From Vulcanimicrobiota bacterium (GTDB lineage: Bacteria > Vulcanimicrobiota > Vulcanimicrobiia > Vulcanimicrobiales > Vulcanimicrobiaceae): DNA of 64,000 bases. Shown here in pieces: positions 9,697-21,768 of this stretch. Numbering within the stretch: position 1 is the stretch's first letter; each line of letters starts with the position of its first letter. Location: contig CAVRQT010000001.1 of assembly GCA_963723515.1 (NCBI GenBank), forward strand, positions 1 to 64,000. Direction: 5' to 3'. The notes beneath the pieces are model-generated. The model was not told the origin of the DNA, did not search any database, and saw nothing but the letters and a program-made list of their open reading frames with translations. A program made the position numbers and the translations under genes.

Positions 9697-10976
9697 ATGC
9701 ACTATAGATCTCTGGCGGTTGCGGCCGTTCTGGCGGCCCTGCTGGCGGGTTGCGGAGGACGCGGCCAGGCGCAGCATGGTCCGCCGCCGCTCAACGTCGA
9801 CACCGCGATGGCGACGCGGCGAGATATCGCGACGTTCGTGACGCTCGATGGACAGGTGGCGCCGCTTCAAGACTCCACGCTTGCAGTGCAGCAGCCGGGT
9901 CCGCTCGTCGGCATTTACGTCAACGAAGGCGACCGGGTAAGCGCGGGACAGCTTCTCGCCAAAGTAGACGATTCGAACCTGCGCGCGCAGCTCGAGCCAG
10001 CAGATGGCGATCATCGCGCAAGCCGCGGCGCATGCGCGCACCTCGGAATTGAGCGTCCCGATCACAGCAGCAGCAGACGATCGGCGGCGTCGCGACTGCG
10101 CGCACGACGCTCGCGAGCGACAAAGCGGCGCTTGCCAATGCGCAGTTGACATACAATCAAAACATGCAGCTGTTCAGGCAGGGCTACGTTTCGCAAGCTG
10201 CGCTCGAGCAGGCGCGTTCCAACTATGTCGCCGCGCAGCAGAAGGTGCAGAGCGATCAACAAGCTGTTGTCGTGGCCCAAACGAATACCGGTCAGACGCA
10301 AGTTCAGGCCGCTACGGCTCAATCCGATCGCGCCGCGATCGCTTCTGCCCAAGCGCAAGCGCACGCCCTCGACATTCAGATTGGCCAAACGTCGCTCTAC
10401 GCGCCCTTTGGCGGCGTGATCACGCAGCGATTGCTGGATCCGGGCGCCATGTCGAGCTCGCAGACGCCGGTACTGCGCCTCTCGCAAGTTGACGTTGTCT
10501 ACATCAACGTCAACGTTCCCGATGAAGATCTCGCGTACGTGCATTCGGCGACGCCGGTGAGCTTCACGTCCTCATCGCTGCCCGGCAGAAACTTCCGCGG
10601 CGCGATCACAGACGTCAACGCAGTTCCCACGCAAGGCACGCTTTCGTACCGGGCGCGCATTCGTGAGGCGAATCCCGGCGATTTGCTGCGCGGCGGCATG
10701 CTCGTCTCCGTGACGATTCAAAAAGAGCGTCATCCCGATGCAATCGTCGTTCCGCGTTCCGCAGTCGCACAAACCGAAAACGGCAACAGCGTCTTTATCG
10801 TGCAGCAGAATAAAGCGAAGGAAGTGCCGGTCACGCTTGGACTGCAGACCGATACGTTGAGTGAAGTGCGCAGTCCGCAGATCGCGCCCGGAACGCAAGT
10901 GATTACGACCCGCCCCGATGCCTTGCAAAACGGCAGCGTCGTTGCGGTCAGCAACGGAGGGCGCGTCGCGCACTAA
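9697..10976 (+). CDS. Efflux periplasmic adaptor (membrane fusion) lipoprotein, frameshifted at about 10000-10145
   Basis: AAGGAG RBS, lipobox LAGC, VNEGDRVSAGQLLAKVD, YAPFGGVI, LRGGMLV, IVVPRSAV. Confidence 0.88.
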
Positions 10977-10980
10977 CTGC

Positions 10981-12475
10981 ATGCAAAAAACTGTGCTCTT
11001 CGCGATCGCGATCGCGCTCGGTCTGATTCTGCCTGCCACACGCTTGGGCGCCAATGCGCAAACGGTCGTGGCTGCGGCGACTCCCACACCGATTCCGTCT
11101 CCGAACACGTCGCCGGTATTGCCGTATCCCGCATACGGAACGCCGGCGCCGGGCATAGCGACAACGAAACAGATTCCCGGCGTTCCGCGTGCACATTACG
11201 CTCGCTCAAGCGATCGACATCGCCGTTGCGAAGTCGCCGGCGATGGCGACAGCTCGCGCGGCGCTCGAGCTTGCGCAGGCAAACGTCAAGCTCGCGCGCG
11301 TTCCGGCGTTGCCGTCGCTTTCGGCGACCGCGACGACGCAACACTACAACGGCGCATCAACCACAAGCACGAACATCGGCCAGACACGGCCAACCGCAAA
11401 GTTTCTCGCGTGGCGGCTCCTTTACGAGCAACTCCCTGACGGCAGATTTGCGGCAGTTGGTCTTCGACGGCGGCAGAGTTGCAAATCAGATCCGCGCAGC
11501 GCAAGAAAGTGAGATCGGTTCAGCCGACGCACTCAAGCGTGCGCTGCAGACGACGGCCTTCAACGTTGCGCAGGCGTACTACAATGCGCTTCAGGCGCAT
11601 CGCGCGACGCTGCTCGCGGTCGAAATCGTTCGCCAAAACCAAGTTCAGGAGAATCTCGTCGCAGCACAGATCCGAGCCGGCACGGCGGCGCATTCCGATC
11701 TGGCGACGGCGCAATTCCCAACGGCGCAGGCGCGCGTTTCTTTGGTGAAAGCGCAAGGTACCGAAATCGCCGCCTATGCGACGTTCGCGAATACGCTGGG
11801 ATTAGACGCTGACGCTGCGGTCGAACCGATTGACGACACGCCGGCGAATCCGAACGCGACGCTCTTGCAAACGCCGCTGTTGACCTACGATACGGCCACG
11901 GCACGCGCGATGGCGCTCCGTCCGGATTACGATCAAGCGAATCGCGGCGTGCGATCCGCGCAAGCATCGTTGCGCGCCGCGCGCTTAGGACTCTTTCCGA
12001 GCCTCGTCGGAGATGCGAACTATGGCCTCAGCTCGACGAATGCCGTCGGCGGCGATTTCCGCAGCAGCAACGGAATCGGCGCAGCGCTCTCGATTCCGAT
12101 CTACGACCAAGGGCAAACGGCCGCCAAACCGCGCAGGCGCGAGCCAATCTCGATACGGCGAGTGCGAATTTTCAGAACACATTCCTCGGCATTCAATTGA
12201 ACGTGCGGCAAGCGCTTGCGAACCTCGTCTCGGCGCAATCCGCATTGGATCAAACGCAGGCCGAGTTGAGCAAGGCGATCGTGGTGTTGCGAGCGACGCA
12301 GGCGCAATATCGCGCCGGCGTCACGACGCTGCCGTTGCTCTTAAATGCGCAAGTCGCGATTACGCAAGCGCAAACCGACCACCTGACCGCGATTTACAAC
12401 CTGCGTCAGGCGGAGCAATCCTATCTCTATGCGCTCGGCGAGAACGATATCGCCGCCGGCATCTACCACACCTAA
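10981..12475 (+). CDS. TolC-family outer membrane efflux protein (frameshifted)
   Basis: ITLAQAIDIAVAKSP, QLVFDGG, VAQAYYNAL, LSIPIYDQG, QYRAGVTTLPLLLNAQ. Confidence 0.85.
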
Positions 12476-13951
12476 CGAAACAGCGCGTTCAACTGCGCCT
12501 CGGTTAGGACAAACGGCGGACGCTTGAAAGCCGCGATGCAGCTCGCATCGACGGCTTTCGCATCTGCGGCCTCAAGAAAGTCCGTCCGTATTTTGTCGAG
12601 ACAAGGACTCTCATTATCATGCCCGCCGTGCGGGATCGAGATGATTCGTCCGTTGGGGTAGTAGCGGAGTTGACCGTGCGCATACCGTCCTGGCGTTGCC
12701 GGATCGTCGGTGCCCGAAAGCATCAGGACCGGCGCGGTGCTGTGCACGGGTTGCAAGTAGGCTGCGATCGACCGGTTTGACGCTCCAAATCTGACATGCC
12801 CGATGTTGCGCATCGATCCGCGCGGTGCCCATAAAGGTGCCGCGGCTCTGCGAAATGGCGGCCAGAGGCGTGATGAACGGATCATCTTCCGAACAATTGA
12901 CCGACATCCCCATGCCCCATGAGAGCGCTGTCGCGAACGACCGCGTGAGCAGATCGATTGCTCCCGCCAGCGGTTTTGTGCTGTCCACGATATGCTTCTT
13001 CGATGATAAACGGAACGATGCTCGCGGTCGCGGGATCGTAGAGCAGCTGCCGCAACCGATCGACGAAGACTTCGCGTGAAAGCATCAGCCGGCGCTCCGC
13101 TTTGCCTTGCACCAAGGTGACGGGCAGGTCGCCACTATTAAAGTGAGCCAAGAGCGCGGAGAAGTGTTGCGCAAAATTTGGAAAGGCGTGATGGCACTTC
13201 GCGATCCACGCCGCACAAAGCGAAGAGTTGCTCCAGCGCGCTTTGGGCGCCGCGCGCGTAAGGCAGCGGCACCAAGAAGTCCGTCGTTGCGACGCTTTCA
13301 AGCAACATTGCGCGCACTCTAGCGGGATGCTCTCGCGCGTAAACCTGCGCGGCCTCCGTACCATAGGAGCCGCCGTACAATGTAATTTTGTCGTAGCCGA
13401 GCGCCGCGCGCACGTCGTCCAGATCGTCGGCTGCAATTTGCGTGCCGTATTCATTGAGATCGGCGCGCTTTGCTAACGCGGCGCGGCACTTGCGCAGCGC
13501 AGCATTCGGGAAGAGCTCTCGGAAGTAAGCCGCAGGATCTCGCGTACAGCGGGCACTGCAACTGATTCGAGTATTGGGTGCCGCGCTGTGCAACGAAGAC
13601 GAGATCGTGCGCCTGGCGCAACGGCTGGAATTGACGGCTGACGAACGGGATGTCGTCGATCGCGGATTGCCCGGGGCCACCGGAAAGCTCAAAGATCGCG
13701 CCCGCATTTTTCCCTTGCGCCGGCAAAACGACGACGCTGAGCGCGATGCGCCGTCCCGAACGTGCGCGGCGATTCTCAAGGACGCTGAGTTGAGTGCACT
13801 TCGCGTCCCGCGGCACGCCTTGAAAATCGGCGCACGAAATCGAGCGAACGGTCGCGCGTGTCTGGCCGGACGCTTCGAGTTTCCACTGTGCTGCAGCCAG
13901 CGTTACGAAAATCAGCATGCCGGCGCAAAAGTTCTGCGGCATTCTCAGCAT
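12472..13951 (-). CDS. Secreted alpha/beta hydrolase (TAP-like peptidase family), frameshifted
   Basis: SGGPGQS, QRGT, YGGSYGT nucleophile elbow, SGTDDPATP, HGGH. Confidence 0.85.
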
Positions 13952-14033
13952 GAGGCAGATTTTCCAGCGGACGGATAAGTAACCTCGAAGGCGCTAGCGC
14001 GGGAGGGCGGCGGCAGGCGGATAATACCGCGTC

Positions 14034-15163
14034 ATGCTTACTCGGGGAAGTCCCGGCGTCAGTTAGCGATCCGACGAACGCCGCGATTCTCGCGGTTTCT
14101 GAAGATCGCCTCGCCGGATTTCAAGTGGACCCGTTCGGCGAAATTGCACGCCGCAGCCTGATTCCGATCGATACGGTTCTTGACCGAATTCGGGCGATGT
14201 TGGAAGCTGGAACGATTCGTCGAGTTCGGCAGACTTTGATGGCGACGAGTCTGGCCGATGGAGCACTTGTTGCGTGGCAGATTGAGCCCGACAAACTCAA
14301 TGCTGCCTTCGATTACATGGCCCGTGAAGATCCATTTTCCGGGCACGTCGTGATTCGAACGACCGATACGGCAACGCCGGGAAGCAACTATCGCCTTTGG
14401 ACGACGTTGAAAGTGCCGCAAGGCTTTGCGATTGAGAAACACGCGGAGTTTCTCCGGCAAAAGGTCGGCGCAACCCACTTCCGTCTGATGCCGGCGAAGA
14501 AGTTGTTCGTGCTCGGCGTTGGACACGTCCGGCGGCGTGGAATTTCACCGGGTAGCCGTTCCGAAGTGCCGGCGGACGTGCAAGATACGAACGTCGTTCA
14601 ATTGAGCGCTCTGGAATGGCGAGTCCTGAACGCACTGAAACGGGAGTTTGCGCCGGCTGAGATCGTGCGCGACCTTTGGAACGCACGAGCGGAAGAAGCT
14701 GGCGTCGATTTGCAAACGTTCTTTGCGATCGCGCGTGGGCTCGACAAACGCAAAGTGATCGGACGTTTTTCAACGTTCCTGGAACATGTCAAGGCAACCG
14801 CGAACAACGAGCGCGTCACGCGCTACAACGCACTCTTTCATTGGGCCGTCCCGCCAGGCAAAGAGATCGACGCCGGCCGGGAAGTCGGGCGCCACCATAT
14901 CATGACGCATGCCTATTGGCGCGAAGCCGGGCCGGAATTTCGTAACGTCAACGTGATGGGCGTCGCGCATGGTCTGGACAAAACGCTCTTGCTTCAACAC
15001 AAAGCGGCAATCGATGCACACCTTGCGCAAGGCCGGCATCGCCGTCTCGTATACGAACGTCTTTTGGGGCGGGCGCAGCGAGATCAAGCCGTCCGAAATT
15101 TCGCCTGATGCCTACCGCGATTTCTGCCGCCGAGAGGGAATCGACCCTGAAACGATGCGTTAA
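14034..15163 (+). CDS. Fused Lrp/AsnC-like siroheme decarboxylase (AhbA/B or NirDL-type), frameshifts near both ends
   Basis: Two HTH/AsnC modules; GTIRRVR, YNALFHWAVP, HIMTHAYWR..NVMGVAHG resemble Ahb/Nir motifs. Confidence 0.65.
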
Positions 15164-16820
15164 CGCGGCCGCGCTCGTCGCGCTCGCGCTGCTCGTTAGC
15201 GCCTGCACGAAAGTTGGCACGAGCGAGCAGACGGCGGGCGGACGGCATCCGTGGACGCAAGCCGGGAATTCTTCGTTTCGCCGAAAGTGCCGATCCAAAG
15301 ACGCTCAACGTGCCGCTCGGTACCAGCGCCGTGACGGGCGACATCGCCATCGTTCCTTGTTTTCGTATGCGGTGCGTTACGACGACCACGCGCGTCCAGT
15401 ACCGGATGCATTGATTGAATTCCAACCGTTCAAAACGGCGACGTCAGCCGCGATGGTCTCACGCTCAAGTACAAGCTCCGTCACAACATCAAGTGGCACG
15501 ACGGCCAGCCGCTGCGCTGCGACGATCTGAAATTCACGTGGCAGGTCGTCATGAACCCGCACAACTTGGTCAATACGACCGACGGTTACAAGGACATCAA
15601 AGACATCGACTGCAGCAATCCGTTCGTCGCCGTCATGCACATGAAGAAACTCTATGCGCCGTACTTGCAGCAGTTATGGGGCGTGAACGGCAATGCGCCG
15701 ATTTTGCCGCGGCACATCCTCGAGAAGTACAACGACGCAAAAGGCTCGTTCAACACGGCGCCTTACAACTCGGCGCCGATCGGCAGCGGCCCGTTCAAAT
15801 TCGTCTCCTGGCAACGCGGCGCACAGATCGTGATGACGGCATTTCACGATTACTTCTTAGGGCCACCGAAGCTGAAGGAAGTGATCTTCAAAATCATGCC
15901 CGATGAAGATACGATGATGACGCAGCTGCAGACGCATGAAATCGATCTGCTCGCACGCGGCAGCGGTCTCAATTGGCCGCGGTACGCGCAGCTCGCAAGC
16001 GATCCGGCAAACGGCGTGAACGCCATGCGCGTCGACACATTCCAGTACGCGCATCTTGATTTTAACTTACGCCGCCCACTCTTGCAGGATCGGAACCTCC
16101 GGCTCGCGTTGGCGTACGGTACCAACCGCGAAGAGATCATCAACAAGATCGTGCATGGTTCGGCCGAGCCTGCGCAGACGGATCAATCGAAGACGCTCTC
16201 ATGGGCCTTCACGGACGACATCCAGCATCATGACTACGATCCGCAGAAGGCACGCGCGATTCTTGATGCGGACGGATGGAAAGTTGGACCGGACGGCATT
16301 CGCGTCAAGAACGGTCAGCGGCTGTCCTTTACGTACAGTACGCAAACCGAAAGCAACGCCGGCAAGGCAATTCAAGAACTCATTCAGCGCGAATGGCACG
16401 ACATCGGCGTCGATGCCGTCGTCAAGAACGCGTCAACCGCGCAGTTCTTCGACAACAATCCGGCGACCGGCGTGCTGCAAGGCGGACACTATGATGTCGC
16501 GGGGTTTAGCTGGGTTGCGGCCGCCGATCCGGACGACAGCCCGATCTATTCGGCGGAGAACTTTGCGCCGCACGGCCAGAACGCGCTTTTTTGGAATGAT
16601 GCCGCGCGCGACGGCCGCTATGAACGACGCCCTGAAGACGCTCGATCGAGCTCGTCGCAAAGCCGACTACAAGATCGTTCAGCAAGAGCTGGCGGCGCAA
16701 GTTCCGACGATCATCCTCTACTTCTTGAAAGAGCCGTTCGTCTACAACACCGACCTGAAGGGATTCCGTCCGTCGCCCGTCATCTCGCCGTTTTGGAATC
16801 CATGGGAGTATTCGATTTGA
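15147..16820 (+). CDS. Peptide ABC transporter substrate-binding lipoprotein (family 5) no. 1, frameshifted; start approximate
   Basis: Lipobox VSAC, KWHDGQP, PIGSGPFKF, ARAILDADGW..DGIRVKNG. Confidence 0.88.
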
Positions 16821-18451
16821 AACGGATCATCTGCATTGCGATCGCCGCGTTACTTTTCGCCGGCTGCACGAAGGTCAACACCGGCCCGGGAACCGGCGGC
16901 CGCGTCAATTCTTTCACCGAGCCGCATACGCTGCGCTACGCGACCGCGGAAGATCTCGTCGGATTGAATCCGCACTTCAATCAGCAAGGGACGCTCTTCT
17001 TGATGGCGGATCTGACGATGGCGTGGCTGATCCGCTGGAATCACGACAACCGTCCGATCCCTGAACTCGCAACGCAAATCCCGACGCGAAGCGAACGGCG
17101 GCATCAGCAAGGACGGCAAGACGATTACCTACCATCTCCGCCGCGGCGTGAAGTGGTCGGACGGCGCACCGTTCACCGCCGACGACGTCGTCTTCTCCAC
17201 GAATGTCGTCAACAATCCGGCGAACAACGAGGTGAGCCGCACCGGCTGGGACTTAATCACGAAGATCGACGAACCGGACAAGTACACCGTCGTCTACCAT
17301 CTAAGCCACCCTTACTCGTCGTTCTTGGTCACGTACTTTTCGACGGCCGGCGCGAATCCGTGCATCTTGCCTAAACACATCCTTGGCTCGGGATTGCCGA
17401 ACATCAACAACGTTCCGTACAATGCGCTGCCGATCGGCATCGGTCCGTTCAAGTATCAAGAGTGGAAGCGCGGCGATCAGGTCGTGATGGTTCCAAATCC
17501 AAACTACTGGCGTGGCCTACCGAAATTGAAGAAGATCGTTTGGAAGAGCATTCCGGATCGCAACACGGTGATGGCGCAGCTCGATCGCAGGAACTCGATC
17601 TATGGTGGCCGGTGCCGGGATCGTATTTCGATCGGATCAAAGGCCTAAGCGGATACACGTATCTCAAACAGCCGAGCTACTATTTCAACCACATTGATTT
17701 CAATCTATCGAGCCCGAGACTGAGTGATAAGGCGGTGCGCGAAGCGCTCCGTTATGCAACCGATCGCGCGACCTTGCGCGAGAAGATCGGTCATGGGCTC
17801 GGCATCCTGCAAGAGAGCCCAACCTCACCGACGGCGCCGTATGCCGTTGAAGATATTCCGAAAGTGCCGTTCGATCTCGCCAAAGCGAATCAGATTCTCG
17901 ATCAAGCCGGTTGGGCGCGCGGTCCCGACGGCATCCGGGCAAAGAACGGCGTCAAGCTGCAGCTCGACTATGCGACCAGCACCGGTTCACCGGACGTCGA
18001 CCAGCAGATCGAGCTGATTCGCGGCTGGTGGAAGCAGATCGGCGTTGACATCGTCGTCCACCACTATCTCTCCGCGCTGCTCTTTGCGCCCTATCAGAAT
18101 AACGGCATCATTTACAGCGGCAAGTTCGACCTCGTCAATTTCGCGTGGGGATTGGATCCATTGGGAGACTTTTCAGTGCTCTACGCCTGCGATCAGATTC
18201 CGCCGAAGGGACAAAACGATCCGCACTGGTGCAATCATACTGCGGACGCCGCGATGGCGCGATTCCGAGTGACCTACAACGAGAAGGCGCGTCAGCCGGA
18301 CGTCAATACGGTCGTGCATGAGCTCGTCAACGACGTGCCGATAATCGTTACGACGGTGCGCGAAGACGTCTTTGTCTACAACAAAGACCTCAAGAACTTC
18401 CGTCCCAATCAGGTGTCGCAGTTCGACGACTTCATGAACGTGGATATATAA
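16817..18451 (+). CDS. Peptide ABC transporter substrate-binding lipoprotein (family 5) no. 2, frameshifted
   Basis: TTG start overlapping upstream stop, lipobox FAGC, KWSDGAPFTADDVVFS, PIGIGPF. Confidence 0.88.
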
Positions 18452-18616
18452 GGAGCCGCCGATTAAGTCTCACGCGGCTGATCCCGGGCGCTTTTTGCCG
18501 CTTTCATCGTTCCTGCGGCGGCCACAATGCGCTCTGGCATTGCGTCCGTCCTCGCGCCTCGAAATCGGCGAAAAATCGCCACGAGGCTCAACCACGTAGA
18601 CCTAATCGGAGGCTCC
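18452..18616. mobile_element. MITE-like 165-bp element with 19-bp terminal inverted repeats and TAA direct repeats
   Basis: ggagccgccgattaagtct (18452-18470) versus agacctaatcggaggctcc (18598-18616), 17/19 complementary; TAA at 18449-18451 and 18617-18619. Confidence 0.7.
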
Positions 18617-18619
18617 TAA

Positions 18620-20238
18620 ATGATGCTCCGCTTTATTGTCATCGTGGCGCTGGCGGCGCTTGCAGCGTGCACGAAGGTCAGTACGGCGGCGCCGGCGGCC
18701 ACGGCTTTACGAAGCCGCACTATCTGCGCTTTTCAGATGCGGGCGGCGACTTGGCATCGCTCAATCCGGTGCTTAACTCCGAGACGCGTCTGGGTTATAT
18801 CGCCCAAATGACGATGGCGTACTTTGCACGGTACGATTCGCATAATCGGCCCGTTCCCGAATTGCTGACCGTGATTCCGACGCAGAGCAACGGCGGGATT
18901 AGCGCCGACGGCAAGACGATTACCTGGCACCTTCGGCATGGCGTCCGCTGGTCGGACGGCGCGCCTTTTACGGCCGACGACGTGATTTTCAGTACGAACG
19001 TCGTCAACAATCCGGCGAATAACGTCATTGGCCGCGACGGCTGGAATCTGATTCAAAAGATGGACGAGCCGGATAAATACACGGTCGTCTACCACTTGCG
19101 CAAACCGTACGCGGCATACTTGCCGACCTTCTTTGGAAGCGCCGGCGCGAATCCGTGCTTGCTGCCCAAACATCTGCTCGGTTTGCTGCCGAATATCAAT
19201 CAAGCGCCCTACAACGCGAAGCCGATCGGTATCGGGCCGTTTCGCGTGGTGTCATGGCGACGCGGCGACGCCGTTGAGCTGGAAGCGAATCCGTACTACT
19301 GGCGCGGCAAGCCGAAGCTGAATCGCATCACCTATCGAATCGTGCCGGATCGCAATACGCTGCTGACGCTGATGCAGACCGGCGAGATCGATCTCTGGCC
19401 GCTCGTTCCGGCCGGCTACATCGACCGAACGAAAACGCTGGCCGGCTTCCACACCGACGTGATCCCGAGCTACTACTTCGCGCACCTGGACTTCAACCTC
19501 AAAAACGTGATACTGCGTGACGTTCGCGTGCGCGAGGCGCTGCGCTACGCGATCGATCGCAAGACGCTCGTCCAAAAGACGACCTTCGGATATGCGATCC
19601 CCCAAGAGAGCATGGTCTCGCCCGCCAATCCGGTTTCCGACCAGCATATCAGCATGACGCCGTACGATCCGGCCAAAGCCAGAGCGCTCCTCGACCAAGC
19701 CGGGTGGAAAGTCGGTCCTGATGGTATCCGCACCAAGAACGGTCAGCGGCTTTCACTGCGTTACGCCTCCTACACGGGCGCACCTGACACGGACGCGCGG
19801 ATCGAGATGTTGCGGTCGTGGTGGAAGGCGGTCGGCGTCGAAATTCAACTTCAAAAATATGCGGTCAACGTGTTCTTTGAGAACCCAGGCGGCATCATCT
19901 ACGGCGGCAAGTTCGACGTGACGGGCTTCGCTTGGGGCGGCGACCCGATCGGCGAGCTTTCAAATCTCTATGAGTGCAATCAGGCGCCGCCGGCCGGTCA
20001 GAACATGATGCACTACTGCAATCCGAAGGTGGATGCTGCTCTGGAGCACTTCAAACGGTCGTACAATGAGGCGCAACGCCAGAGGTATGTGAGCTTTGAA
20101 CAGGAGCAGATCGTGAAAGACGTTCCGACGATCGTGCTTCTTGTTCTCAAAGATGGCTATGCGTACAACGCCGACCTCAAAGGATTCCATCCCAATCAAG
20201 TGTCGCCGTTCGACCATATGATGAACGTTGATATATAG
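18620..20238 (+). CDS. Peptide ABC transporter substrate-binding lipoprotein (family 5) no. 3, one frameshift near 18690
   Basis: Lipobox LAAC, RWSDGAPFTADDVIFS, PIGIGPF, C-terminus NVDI as in no. 2. Confidence 0.9.
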
Positions 20239-20243
20239 AAGAC

Positions 20244-20284
20244 ATTCAAGAAAATTGCAAGCAATTTTCTTGAGAAAAGAAGAT
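20244..20284. repeat. AT-rich palindromic dispersed repeat, copy A
   Basis: Perfect 13-bp inverted repeat tcaagaaaattgc-aa-gcaattttcttga plus tail gaaaagaagat; similar copies at 48200 and 48253. Confidence 0.75.
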
Positions 20285-20328
20285 CGGGAGACGAAGAGCG
20301 CGCGTGGTGAGTCCCGCAGCGAAAAAGG

Positions 20329-21738
20329 CTAGTTGCGGGCGGAATAGTCCGCTGTTTTGATCGAGCACCACGCGAGCAGCCCCGTTCCAATCAGCGTCAT
20401 CAATCGAAGTGCAGCCCAGAGCGGCTGCGGTGAGAGTTCGCGGGCGGCTTGCAGTTGCGCATGCCATGCATCCGAAAGCGTTGGACGTATCCATGTAACC
20501 TGAGCCGGTAGCGCGTCAGGCCAAATCGGCGCCGGAAAATGGTGCGCGAGCATGCTGGCCGGAATTAACAGCAGCGCGGCAAGCAATGCAAAGCGGTGCA
20601 GCCCAAGCGGCTGATCCGAGAGCGCGAACATCGCAGCGAGCAGCGCGACAAGAAGCAACGCACTCTGCACGATTCCATCGGGGCGTTGCGCGAGCCCGAG
20701 CCAATCGACGGCCACAAGTACGGTCGCGGCGGCGGCAATCGCCCAAATTCGGCGTGGCGCAGCGCACAAACACATCAGGATGGGCACCAATGCGACCACG
20801 AAGTCGTGTTCGTGAAAGAACGGCAACGCAAACGGCAGCAATGCGCAGCTAATTGCGAGTCGCCACCAGCGGGTTAGCGAGCGGCGCGCCATGATCAGCA
20901 GCCAGATTGTTGCGGCGACGATCGCGCTGATAAGCCCGAAGGCATTCGCCACGCCGGCCGGAAGCCCGAAGCCGTACGCAATGGCCGCCGGAGCAAACTG
21001 AATGAGGGCGTGTCGTTCCGCAGCGCGGTGCGCGGCCAACTCGGTGATGTAACTCCGTAAGCCCCCTGCCCCCAGCAAGATCAGCGCAACGGCAATGAGC
21101 GCAAGGGCGACGATGCCGATGACGACCGCGACATGACGGTAGCGGATCTGCGATAGCAACGCGACGGCAAGGTTGGGCTGAAAGCCCGCAAACAGCGCTG
21201 CGATTGCGGCGTGCGCCGGCTTGACACCCAAAAGCGCCGTCGCGATCACGATCAGTGCGAACGCCGGCAGTGCGGCTTGACCGAGTGCGAAGGCGCTCGT
21301 CAGTGGAGCGAAGGCGATACAGATTGCCGCGACGCTCAAGAATGAGCCGGTATCGCGCGCACGCAGTTGGCGGAGCATCACTAAAATCGCGGCGACCAGC
21401 AGCGCGATCGTGATTGCAGCCCAAAGTGCGACAGCGATTGTGAAGGGAAGCGTTGCGAAGGCTCCCCACACCGGCAAGAAGGCCGGAAAGCCCACAAACG
21501 GCAGAACTTCCCAACGATTCGGATTGACGCCCGGCACGAGGCGTTCGTGGCGCCAGAGCGCCGTGCTGTACGGATCATCGTGATTCAGCCATGCATGGCC
21601 GGCGGCGTAGTAGGATTCGAAATCTCGCATCAGCGGCCCGGGGCTGGGATGTGGACGCGCGACGGTCAACGCGACAATGACGCAGAGTAGCGAGAGCGTG
21701 AGCGCGGTTAAGCGCTGCCGAGCGGTGTCACCGTGCAA
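20329..21738 (-). CDS. GT87/DUF2029-like multi-pass membrane glycosyltransferase
   Basis: DFESYYAAG..DPY, PFVG.P, LGQ and many TM helices. Confidence 0.7.
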   Translation of the reverse strand: MHGDTARQRLTALTLSLLCVIVALTVARPHPSPGPLMRDFESYYAAGHAWLNHDDPYSTALWRHERLVPGVNPNRWEVLPFVGFPAFLPVWGAFATLPFTIAVALWAAITIALLVAAILVMLRQLRARDTGSFLSVAAICIAFAPLTSAFALGQAALPAFALIVIATALLGVKPAHAAIAALFAGFQPNLAVALLSQIRYRHVAVVIGIVALALIAVALILLGAGGLRSYITELAAHRAAERHALIQFAPAAIAYGFGLPAGVANAFGLISAIVAATIWLLIMARRSLTRWWRLAISCALLPFALPFFHEHDFVVALVPILMCLCAAPRRIWAIAAAATVLVAVDWLGLAQRPDGIVQSALLLVALLAAMFALSDQPLGLHRFALLAALLLIPASMLAHHFPAPIWPDALPAQVTWIRPTLSDAWHAQLQAARELSPQPLWAALRLMTLIGTGLLAWCSIKTADYSARN

Positions 21739-21768
21739 GTTGCTAACTGGTCGTCGCTCGCGATTTCG

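Noticed and set aside
14034..15163. Simple Lrp/AsnC transcription factor
   Set aside because: Double-length architecture with H..R motifs fits siroheme decarboxylase better, although no other ahb/nir genes are adjacent.
1..18700. Many frameshifts as pseudogenisation or programmed frameshifting
   Set aside because: They hit nearly every long gene and fade with distance from the window start. This fits low-coverage long-read indel errors; no consistent slippery sites were seen.
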